DNA of 64,000 nucleotides from Candidatus Velthaea sp. GTDB taxonomy: Bacteria > Vulcanimicrobiota > Vulcanimicrobiia > Vulcanimicrobiales > Vulcanimicrobiaceae. The position numbers and the translations under genes were made by a program. Below, piece after piece: positions 9,876-17,792 of this stretch (position 1 is its first letter; each line of letters starts with the position of its first letter). Location: positions 1 through 64,000 of the forward strand of contig JBEKHC010000004.1 in the NCBI GenBank assembly GCA_050012475.1. Reading direction: 5' to 3'. The notes beneath the pieces are model-generated. The model searched no databases, was not told the origin of the DNA, and saw nothing but the letters and a program-made list of their open reading frames with translations.

Positions 9876-11197
9876 CGTGATACCTCGACGGGTGCGGATG
9901 TTGATGGGACGTCGGCAAGACGGGGAGTTACCCGGCCGTCTTCGTAGACGACGCTGCCGGCGACGATCGTTGCGACGACGCGGCGCGTCAACCGCATTCC
10001 GTCGAAGGGCGTGTTTTTGCCCAGCGAGTGAAAGCGCTGGACGTCGACGGTCCACGGACGCTCGGCGAAGATCGTCAGGTCGCCCGGGCTGCCGGGCGCA
10101 AGCGATCCGCCGGGGACGCCGAGAATGCGCGCGGGATTCGTCGAGAGCAGTGCGACGAACCGCTCCAGCGGCAACTCCGGAACGGCGGCGGCATAGGCGC
10201 CGACGGCGATCTCCAGACCGCTGAAGCCGACCGGTGCAACGCTGAGCAATTGGGCCTTCTCGTCGGCGCCGTGCGGCGCATGATCGGTCGCGAACGCGTC
10301 GATCGTTCCGTCGCGAACGCCCGCGATGAGCGCGCTGCGATCGCGCACATCGCGCAGCGGCGGATTGACTTTGCCCTCGGCCCGGTACGCGTCGAACCGG
10401 TCGTCGATAAAGAACAGATGATGCGGCGTGACTTCGCACGTCGAGCGCACGCCGCGGGCGCGCGCCCAGCGCACGAGATCGAGCGAACGCGCGGTTGAAA
10501 CGTGCGCGATGTGCCAATTCTTGCCGGTGTCTTCGGCGACGAGCAGGTCGCGCGCGACGATGACGTCCTCGGCGAGACCCGGGCTGCCTTCGAGTCCCAG
10601 CCGGGCGGAATTGGCGCCCTCGTTCATCACCGCCTCGCCTTTGAGATCGGCGTCCTCGCAATGCGAGATGAACGGGCCGCGCAGATCGATCGCGTAGCGC
10701 GCGGCATTGCGCAGCACGCGCGCGTTGGCGATCGTCGCGCCGTCATCGCTGAACGCCACGCAGCCGGCGTCACGCAGCAAATGGTAGGGGGCAAGTTCGG
10801 TCCCCGCGCGCCGCCGGGTGATTGCACCGATCGGATAAACGCGCGCGTAAGCGGCGGCTTCGGCAAGCCGCACCACTTCAGAAACGATCGTGGGTGAATC
10901 CAAGGCGGGATCGGTATTGGGCATGCACGCCACCGCGGTGAACCCGCCGGCGACCGCCGCCGCCGAACCGGTCGCAATGGTTTCCTTGCGCGTTTGCCCG
11001 GGCTCGCGCAGATGCACGTGCATGTCGATGAAGCCCGGCGCGACGAGCGCGCCCGCGGCGTCGACCACGCGCGCGCCGGCGGCGTCGAGGTGTTCGCCGA
11101 TTTCGACGATCACGCCGTTTTCAATGAGCACGTCACGCAGCGCGTCGATGCGTTGCGCCGGATCGATCACGCGGCCGCCCCGAACGAGCAGCTTCAT
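9872..11197 (-). CDS. pyrC: Dihydroorotase
   Basis: DMHVHLREPG, CMPNTDP, KVNPPLR, ATDHAPH. Confidence 0.96.
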   Translation of the reverse strand: MKLLVRGGRVIDPAQRIDALRDVLIENGVIVEIGEHLDAAGARVVDAAGALVAPGFIDMHVHLREPGQTRKETIATGSAAAVAGGFTAVACMPNTDPALDSPTIVSEVVRLAEAAAYARVYPIGAITRRRAGTELAPYHLLRDAGCVAFSDDGATIANARVLRNAARYAIDLRGPFISHCEDADLKGEAVMNEGANSARLGLEGSPGLAEDVIVARDLLVAEDTGKNWHIAHVSTARSLDLVRWARARGVRSTCEVTPHHLFFIDDRFDAYRAEGKVNPPLRDVRDRSALIAGVRDGTIDAFATDHAPHGADEKAQLLSVAPVGFSGLEIAVGAYAAAVPELPLERFVALLSTNPARILGVPGGSLAPGSPGDLTIFAERPWTVDVQRFHSLGKNTPFDGMRLTRRVVATIVAGSVVYEDGRVTPRLADVPSTSAPVEVSR

Positions 11198-12114
11198 GCC
11201 GCAGTCACGCCGTTGACGAGCAGATCGAGCACCGCCATGCGGACGAAGACGCCGTTGCCGACTTGCGCGACGTAGCGCGAACGCGGATCGTCGAGCACGT
11301 CGTCGGTCAACTCGACCCCGCGATTGTACGGGCCCGGATGCAGAATGACCGCACCGTCGCGCAGCAGATCGAGCCGCCGCCGGTCGAGCTGATAATTGCG
11401 GGTGTAGTCGTCCAGCGGCGGCAGCAAGCTCGCGGTGATGCGCTCGCGCTGGATGCGCAGCATCATCACCGCATCGACGCGCGGCAGCACGGCCTCGAAG
11501 TCGCGCTCGATGCGCACGCCGTTGGCCGCGAAAGCGTCCGGCAGCAGCGTCGGCGGGCCGACCAGTGTGACGTCGATTCCCAACTGCGTCATCCCCACGA
11601 TATTCGAGCGCGCGACGCGCGAGTGCAGGATGTCGCCGACGATCGCGACGCGCAAGCCGTCGAAGCCGCCGAACTCGCTGCGCAGCGTCATCAAGTCGAG
11701 CAGCGCTTGGGTCGGGTGTGCCCGCGGGCCGTCGCCCGCGTTGACGACATGGCCGTCGAACGCCTCGGCGAGCCGGCGCGGAAACCCCGCTTCGGGATGC
11801 CGCACGACGATGACGCGCACGCCGATGCCGCGCAAGGTGATCGCCGTGTCCGAAATCGTTTCGCCTTTGCCCAAGCTCGAGGTGCCCGGTGCGAACGAGA
11901 TGACGTCGGCGCCGACGCGCTGTTCGGCCAGCGTGAACGAGGTTGCCGTTCGGGTTGAGGACTCGAAGAACAGATTCAAAACGGGAACACCGGCCAACAG
12001 GTCGCGCGGCGGAGCTTTGCGTTTGAAGGCGACGGCTCGATCCAGGAGGTGAACGATCTCGTCGCGCGCGAGATCGTCGATGTCGATCAGACTACGCGGC
12101 GCCACGGTCCTCAT
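11194..12114 (-). CDS. pyrB: Aspartate carbamoyltransferase catalytic subunit
   Basis: FFESSTRT, HPTQALLD, GDILHSRVARS, HPGP. Confidence 0.96.
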   Translation of the reverse strand: MRTVAPRSLIDIDDLARDEIVHLLDRAVAFKRKAPPRDLLAGVPVLNLFFESSTRTATSFTLAEQRVGADVISFAPGTSSLGKGETISDTAITLRGIGVRVIVVRHPEAGFPRRLAEAFDGHVVNAGDGPRAHPTQALLDLMTLRSEFGGFDGLRVAIVGDILHSRVARSNIVGMTQLGIDVTLVGPPTLLPDAFAANGVRIERDFEAVLPRVDAVMMLRIQRERITASLLPPLDDYTRNYQLDRRRLDLLRDGAVILHPGPYNRGVELTDDVLDDPRSRYVAQVGNGVFVRMAVLDLLVNGVTAA

Positions 12115-12646
12115 CGGCAAGCGCGACTTCGTCGGAATCCGAACGTCCGGCGGACAGCACGACGTCGATGTGCTCGCGCCGGCTCGTCGGAATCTCCTTG
12201 CCCACGTAATCGGCTTGCACCGGGAGTTCGCGCAACCCGCGGTCGATCAGCACCGCGAGCCGGATCGCCTTCGGCCGTCCGAGATCGGTCACCGCATCGA
12301 GCGCGGCGCGCACCGTGCGTCCGGTATACAGCACGTCGTCGACGATCACGACGGTCCGCCCGGTGATCTCGTTGCGGATTTCGGACTCGGGCAACTCACG
12401 CGCGACGTCGTCGTCGCGATACAGATTGATGTTCAGAAAGCCGAGGTCCGGCGGGAGGCCTTGAATTACGGCGATTTGGGAGGCCAGCCGGCGCGCCAGC
12501 GCCTCGCCCCCGCGCCGAATCCCGATGAGCAAAAGTCCGGTTTGTGCGTCTTCGGGTTCGACGATCTGATGCGCCATCCGGGCGATGACGCGTTCGATCT
12601 CGTCGGGGGACATCAGCACGCGGCGGCGTGCGAGCGCGGTGGGCAT
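12092..12646 (-). CDS. pyrR: Pyrimidine operon regulator / uracil phosphoribosyltransferase
   Basis: LYRDD, VDDVLYTGRTVRAALD, DRGLRELP..ADYVG. Confidence 0.95.
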   Translation of the reverse strand: MPTALARRRVLMSPDEIERVIARMAHQIVEPEDAQTGLLLIGIRRGGEALARRLASQIAVIQGLPPDLGFLNINLYRDDDVARELPESEIRNEITGRTVVIVDDVLYTGRTVRAALDAVTDLGRPKAIRLAVLIDRGLRELPVQADYVGKEIPTSRREHIDVVLSAGRSDSDEVALADEDRGAA

Positions 12647-12698
12647 TGGGGTGCGGTTTCGCTCCGACGCTTCCACGGCCTTCGCCGCCGCGGACGGC

Positions 12699-13565
12699 TC
12701 ACGGCCGGAAGGCCAGACCGGTGGAGAGGTAGTGCGGCTTCGCGTTCGCGACCGGGTTGAATGCCGTGCCGAGCCCGATCGTCCACGCGACCTTGCGGCC
12801 GAGCAGCTGGGCAAGCGAGAGATCGGCAAATGATTGAGAGGCGCTGCGGCGCGTCACTAAGCGGGTCCCGACGTCAGCCGAAAGCATCGTTCGCGCTGCG
12901 GGCGTGAACTCGGCTCCCAGCGCCGCCGTGGGGAGAATCGTCCCGAAGCCGGCGGAGTGCGACGTCTGGGCGGCCACGGTACTCGTGAGCGCGATGCTGC
13001 GGGAAAGGCGGGACTGCGTGGTCAGATCGAGCTGGTACTTGGGCTGGGATTCGCTGGGTGCGTACAGCGAGGCCGGCGGCACGACATTGATTCCGGCCGC
13101 CCACGCGCTGCCGACCGTCTGAGCGAAGGTGTATTGTGCGCCGTACCCGGGGCGGCTGACCGGATAGAGGCCCAAGCCGCGCGCACCCGATTCCGCCACT
13201 TGCGAAGGCGGATCGATGATCAGCTCGGCGTTCGGCGCGAATCCCAGCCGCAAATTGAACAGCGGATAGGCGGCCAGCGCCGTGCCGCCGACAAAGGACG
13301 CATTCTGATAATACAGGCCCTCGAGCAGGATGCTCCCCGGCGCAATCGTGCACGGCGACGAGATGTCGCTCGACCCCGCTGCGAGGCTGAGGAGAGAAGC
13401 GTCGCTGCAAAACGTTTTTGCTGCGGCGTCAGCCGGCAGCGAACGCGCGAACGCCGCGAGCACCGCTGCGCCAGCCGCGAGCGCGATGCGCGGGTACACC
13501 CGAAACTTCGCCTCCAACATCTCGTGTAACCCTCTCAGCAGCGGCTGGCGACGATCGATTTGCAC
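12699..13565 (-). CDS. Secreted / putative beta-barrel hypothetical protein
   Basis: Signal peptide-like N-terminus, amphipathic beta pattern, ends in ...GLAFRP; start uncertain. Confidence 0.6.
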   Translation of the reverse strand: MQIDRRQPLLRGLHEMLEAKFRVYPRIALAAGAAVLAAFARSLPADAAAKTFCSDASLLSLAAGSSDISSPCTIAPGSILLEGLYYQNASFVGGTALAAYPLFNLRLGFAPNAELIIDPPSQVAESGARGLGLYPVSRPGYGAQYTFAQTVGSAWAAGINVVPPASLYAPSESQPKYQLDLTTQSRLSRSIALTSTVAAQTSHSAGFGTILPTAALGAEFTPAARTMLSADVGTRLVTRRSASQSFADLSLAQLLGRKVAWTIGLGTAFNPVANAKPHYLSTGLAFRP

Positions 13566-13618
13566 CCACGCGCCGTGACCACCCTCCGGTAACGGAGCGG
13601 GGCCGCGAAAGGTGCCGC

Positions 13619-16234
13619 CTAATGAACCGGCGGCAGCCCCGCAAGCGCCGCTCGGACGCGGTCGCGATCGCGTTGGTAACCAGCCAGCTTCTCGCGCTCG
13701 GCGGCGATGAGTTCGGGCTTGGCTTTTGCGACGAACTGCGGATTCCCGAGTTTGCGTTCTAAGCGCGCGACTTCTTCCTCGAGCTTTGCGAATTGGCGCG
13801 TGTAGCGTTCGCGCAGAAGGGCGGGATCGGCGGCGACATCGATCTGCGCAAGCAGCGCCTCGAGCGTTGACTGCGCGGGCAGCGCCGGATCGATCTCGAC
13901 TTCGCCGCGCACGAGTTCAGCAAGCAGCGCGACGATCTCAGCGGGCAACGGTGCCGAGCGCAGCCGCACTTTCTCCTTGGGACCCAATTCGAGTTCGGCT
14001 TTGGCGTTGCGAATGCGCTCGACCGACGCGATGAAGGCCGCGTACTGTGCTGCCTCGGCGGCAAAGGTTGGGACCTCAGCGAGGTCCGGCCACGATGCGG
14101 TGACGATCGTCCGTCCGTCGTGCGGCAAAATCTGCCAAATCTCCTCGGTGACGAATGGTTCGATCGGGTGCAGCGCGCGAACCAGCGTGTTGAGCACGAA
14201 CGAAAGCACCGGCCCGCGCGTCGCCCGCGCCGCTTCGATCTTCGTCGATTCCAGATACCAGTCGCAGAATTTATACCAGCCGAAATCGTGCAGCGCGTTC
14301 GCCGCGGTTCCCATCGCGAAGCCGTCGAGCGCCGCCGTCACTTCGGCCACGCAGGCGTGCAGTTCCGTGAGCACCCATTTGTCGGCCAACGTCAAATGCC
14401 CGGTGGGCGGCAGCACCGAGGCCGCGGGCAAGCCTTCGGGCCGGGTGACGATGTACTGCAGCGCATTCCACAGCTTGGTATTGAAGCGCCGCGCTTGATC
14501 GCAGACGCGCTCGTCGAAGCGCAGCTCCTGGGATTCCAGGCGCATCTGCATCATGGTGCCCAAACGAAAGCCGTCGGCGCCGTATTTCTCGGCCATGGCC
14601 AACGGATCGATCGCGTTGCCCAGCGATTTGCTCATCTTGCGGCCCGCGATGTCGAACACGAGCGGCGTGATGAAGACCGTCTTGAACGGGATGCGGCCGG
14701 CGAAACGCAGACCGAGCATGACCATCCGCGCGACCCACAAGAAGATGATCTCGCGCCCGGTGATCAGCACCGAGTTCGGATACCAATGCGCGAGTTCCGG
14801 CGTTTGCGCCGGCCAGCCTAAAATCGAGAACGGCCACAGGCCGCTCGAAAACCACGTATCGAGCGTATCGGGGTCGCGGCGCAAAACGACGTCGCCGTAA
14901 CGCTCGCGCGCTAAGCGCTGGGCTTCTTCTTCGGTCGGCGCGACGACCACGTCGTCATCGGGCGTGTACCAGACCGGCAGCTGATGGCCCCACCACACTT
15001 GGCGAGAGACGTTCCAATCGCGAATATTTTCGAGCCACTGCTCGTACGTGCGCCCGAAACGTTCGGGCACGAACGTTATCGCGCCGGAGCGGTAAGCCTC
15101 GAGCGCGGGCTGCGCCAAGTCCGCCATCTTGCAAAACCATTGCAGCGAAAGGAGCGGCTCGATCACTTCGCCGGTGCGCGACGAGACCGGAACCTTGGTC
15201 GTGTACGGTTCTTCTTCGATGAGCGCGCCCGAGGCGGCGAGATCGGCGGCGACCGCGGCGCGCGCCGCGAAACGGTCGAGGCCCGCGTACGCTGCCGGCA
15301 CGTCGCCGGTCATGTTGCCTGCGAAGTCGATGACCGTCGGCATCGCGAGACCGTGCCGGACACCGATCTCGTAGTCCGTCGCGTCGTGAGCGGGTGTAAC
15401 TTTCACCGCGCCGGTACCGAAGTCGCGCTCGACGGCGGCGTCGGCAATCACTGGGATGGCGCGGCCCGCGAGCGGCAGGATGACGTCGCGCCCGATGAGC
15501 GCGCGGTAGCGCTCATCGTCGGGATGCACGGCGACGGCAACGTCGGCGAACATCGTTTCGGGCCGGGTCGTTGCGATGACGACGCCCGGTCCGCCGTCGT
15601 CGGCCGGGTAGCGGATGTGCCACAAGAACGTGCTGCGTTCTTCGCTTTCGACTTCGGCATCGGACAGCGTCGATTGGGCCTTGGGATCCCAATTGACCAA
15701 CCGCGTGCCGCGATAGATCGAGCCGTCGTTATAGAGATCCACGAACACGCGCATGACCGCGGCCGACAATCCGGGGTCCATGGTAAAGCGTTCGCGTTCC
15801 CAATCCGGCCCGAACCCCAACGCTTGGAACTGTTCGTTGATGATGCCGCCGTATTGCGCGCGCCATTCCCACACGCGCGCAATGTAGGCTTCGCGGCCGA
15901 GACCTTCGCGGGTGAGACCGTCCTTGGCAAGTTCGCGAATTACGACCGACTCGGTCGCGATGGCCGCGTGATCTTGGCCCGGAATCCAGTCGGCGTTCTC
16001 GCCCAGCATGCGATGATACCGGGTGAGGATATCCATCGGCGTGTACGTCGAGCCGTGACCGATGTGCGCGCGCCCGGTGATGTTGGGCGGCGGCATCGAG
16101 ATGATGAACGGCGGGCGCGCCGGATCGGGTTCTTCGTGAAAAACGCCCGCTGCGAGCCACTGCGCGTAGATACGCGGCTCGACCGTGGCGGGGTCGTAGT
16201 TCTTCGTCAATTCAGGTCGGCGCAGCTCGGTCAC
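13619..16234 (-). CDS. valS: Valine--tRNA ligase
   Basis: PPPNITGRAHIGH, DTWFSS, KMSKS, C-terminal coiled coil; GTG at 16234. Confidence 0.97.
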   Translation of the reverse strand: MTELRRPELTKNYDPATVEPRIYAQWLAAGVFHEEPDPARPPFIISMPPPNITGRAHIGHGSTYTPMDILTRYHRMLGENADWIPGQDHAAIATESVVIRELAKDGLTREGLGREAYIARVWEWRAQYGGIINEQFQALGFGPDWERERFTMDPGLSAAVMRVFVDLYNDGSIYRGTRLVNWDPKAQSTLSDAEVESEERSTFLWHIRYPADDGGPGVVIATTRPETMFADVAVAVHPDDERYRALIGRDVILPLAGRAIPVIADAAVERDFGTGAVKVTPAHDATDYEIGVRHGLAMPTVIDFAGNMTGDVPAAYAGLDRFAARAAVAADLAASGALIEEEPYTTKVPVSSRTGEVIEPLLSLQWFCKMADLAQPALEAYRSGAITFVPERFGRTYEQWLENIRDWNVSRQVWWGHQLPVWYTPDDDVVVAPTEEEAQRLARERYGDVVLRRDPDTLDTWFSSGLWPFSILGWPAQTPELAHWYPNSVLITGREIIFLWVARMVMLGLRFAGRIPFKTVFITPLVFDIAGRKMSKSLGNAIDPLAMAEKYGADGFRLGTMMQMRLESQELRFDERVCDQARRFNTKLWNALQYIVTRPEGLPAASVLPPTGHLTLADKWVLTELHACVAEVTAALDGFAMGTAANALHDFGWYKFCDWYLESTKIEAARATRGPVLSFVLNTLVRALHPIEPFVTEEIWQILPHDGRTIVTASWPDLAEVPTFAAEAAQYAAFIASVERIRNAKAELELGPKEKVRLRSAPLPAEIVALLAELVRGEVEIDPALPAQSTLEALLAQIDVAADPALLRERYTRQFAKLEEEVARLERKLGNPQFVAKAKPELIAAEREKLAGYQRDRDRVRAALAGLPPVH

Positions 16235-16334
16235 GCGACATCTTACCGCTAGGGCGAGCGCAACACCTCGATGCGCGGCAGCGGCGTCGCGACGAGCGCC
16301 GCGCGCGGGCCTCGCAATGACCGCCGCTCGGGCG

Positions 16335-16745
16335 CTACCGCGAGGGCGCTGCCAGCCGGCCGGAAATCGCGACGGCCGCCAAGCCGAGCAGCGACAATCC
16401 GGCCGGAAAAACGTCCTTGCCCGGGCGGCGAGCGCTCGCATCGCTCAATTGTTTTTGGCGTGCGGCCACGTCGAGTAAATAAATCACAATGAGCGCGCCG
16501 TTCATCGCGAACCGGCGCCCCTCATTGGGCGTCGTGCGGCTGGCGGGCGTGCGCAGATAATCGACGGCCTCGAGCGCCAGCGCCGAGAGCGAACTCGCCA
16601 AGCCGAAGCGGAGCAGATCCGCGGCGCGCTGTTTGTACGCCTGCGATTGGGCCGGCGTTTCGGGGATGAGCGACAACATATCGAACAGGACGCTCGCGGT
16701 GAAAACACCGGCTGGTATGGTCAGCATCGGGCGGAGGTCGGTCAT
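16335..16745 (-). CDS. Membrane protein (DUF2231-like)
   Basis: Four hydrophobic segments; family assignment tentative. Confidence 0.6.
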   Translation of the reverse strand: MTDLRPMLTIPAGVFTASVLFDMLSLIPETPAQSQAYKQRAADLLRFGLASSLSALALEAVDYLRTPASRTTPNEGRRFAMNGALIVIYLLDVAARQKQLSDASARRPGKDVFPAGLSLLGLAAVAISGRLAAPSR

Positions 16746-16871
16746 GCGGTTCCATTCGTGAGCGGAGGCTAGGGGCTTGCTCGTTCTTCGCCGGGGCGCG
16801 ATGGCTTCTCCGCTCACGCCGAGTTCCCGCCGCTCGGTTGGAGCAGCGCGAAAAGCGGGAATACCGCTCCC

Positions 16872-16988
16872 ATGGGTTTCTTATGGGGATTACTGCGAAC
16901 CGTTTTCACATTTTTCGCGGTGATCGTCGCGATTCTCGTCGTCATCGACGGAACGCTGCTGGCGAATCTGCTCGGTAAACGCGAATAG
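16872..16988 (+). CDS. Small single-TM protein (38 aa)
   Basis: MGFLWGLLRTVFTFFAVIVAILVVIDGTLLANLLGKRE fills the intergenic gap; below the ORF-track cutoff. Confidence 0.55.
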   Translation: MGFLWGLLRTVFTFFAVIVAILVVIDGTLLANLLGKRE

Positions 16989-17000
16989 TCGCGGTCGTCG

Positions 17001-17486
17001 CTAACCGCGCGGCGAGCGCGCGAAGAAAACCCGCTCCATCAAGCGCAGGACGCGGGTCAGGGGGAAATCTTTGGCCACGATGGGATGCGTGAGCACCGCG
17101 TGGAGCCCCAGCAGCTTGGCCCCGAGCACATCGGTGAAAAGCTGGTCGCCGATGACGACGGTCTGCGACCGGCGCGTTTTGAGGTGACGCAGCGCCAGCA
17201 AGAAGCCTTGCGGCAGCGGTTTGAGGGCACTGGGGACGGTGGGCACGTCGAGCTGGGCGCCGATGGCAGCGACCCGCTCGCTGAAGTTGTTGGAGACCAT
17301 GACGAGGACGAATCCGCGGGCTTTCGCGTCGAGGACCCACTCGCGGACGCCCGGCGCCAGCGTGCTTTCGCGGTACCCGCAGACCGTGTTGTCGAGGTCG
17401 ATGATGATGCCGCGGAAACCGCGGGCCCAAAGATCTTCGAGCGACACATCGGGCAGCGTCGCCGCTTCTAAATCCGGTCGAAACAT
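17001..17486 (-). CDS. yqeG: YqeG family HAD IIIA phosphatase
   Basis: DLDNT, VSNN, KP, IGDQLFTDVLGA. Confidence 0.93.
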   Translation of the reverse strand: MFRPDLEAATLPDVSLEDLWARGFRGIIIDLDNTVCGYRESTLAPGVREWVLDAKARGFVLVMVSNNFSERVAAIGAQLDVPTVPSALKPLPQGFLLALRHLKTRRSQTVVIGDQLFTDVLGAKLLGLHAVLTHPIVAKDFPLTRVLRLMERVFFARSPRG

Positions 17487-17639
17487 TGGCTCTCTTCTTG
17501 CCGGGCGATTTCCACGCTTTCCCCTGTATCGTCCACAACTTGTTCGCGCAATAGACATCGAGTTGACCGGGTTGCCCGGGTTATGCACGGAATTTTACGT
17601 TTCTCCACCGTTTCGGCGCAGGTGTTCGCAAGGAGCTGC

Positions 17640-17687
17640 CCCCGATATCTTGTATCCGTGAGGACGCCGCAGTACAATATCTAGTAC
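17640..17687 (+). promoter_or_regulatory. Tandem NrdR boxes
   Basis: ccccgatatcttgtat (17640) and gtacaatatctagtac (17672) match acaCwAtATaTwGtgt, 32 bp apart, upstream of the RNR. Confidence 0.85.
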
Positions 17688-17712
17688 CCGCCGGCCGGAC
17701 GGGTCAAAAGTA

Positions 17713-17728
17713 TCGAACAGGTGTTCGA
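17713..17728. promoter_or_regulatory. LexA (SOS) box, Gram-positive type
   Basis: TCGAACaggtGTTCGA, perfect GAAC-N4-GTTC with extended palindrome. Confidence 0.75.
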
Positions 17729-17792
17729 TGTCTTCGCGGCGAAGATGACGTTCACGCCAGCCCGCTTCCGGGCGAGCTAACGGGAGGATCCG

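Noticed and set aside
6911..10661. Long N-terminal extensions of moxR (644 aa) and carA (620 aa)
   Set aside because: Arg-rich off-frame read-through of upstream genes; homology begins at 7852 and 9875
12647..12698. PyrR attenuator
   Set aside because: The gap is only 52 bp, with no binding-loop consensus or U-tract terminator seen
16235..16334. T-box leader for valS
   Set aside because: Too short, and no T-box consensus
17487..17792. Cobalamin riboswitch upstream of nrdJ
   Set aside because: No recognisable B12 box; the space is explained by NrdR and LexA sites
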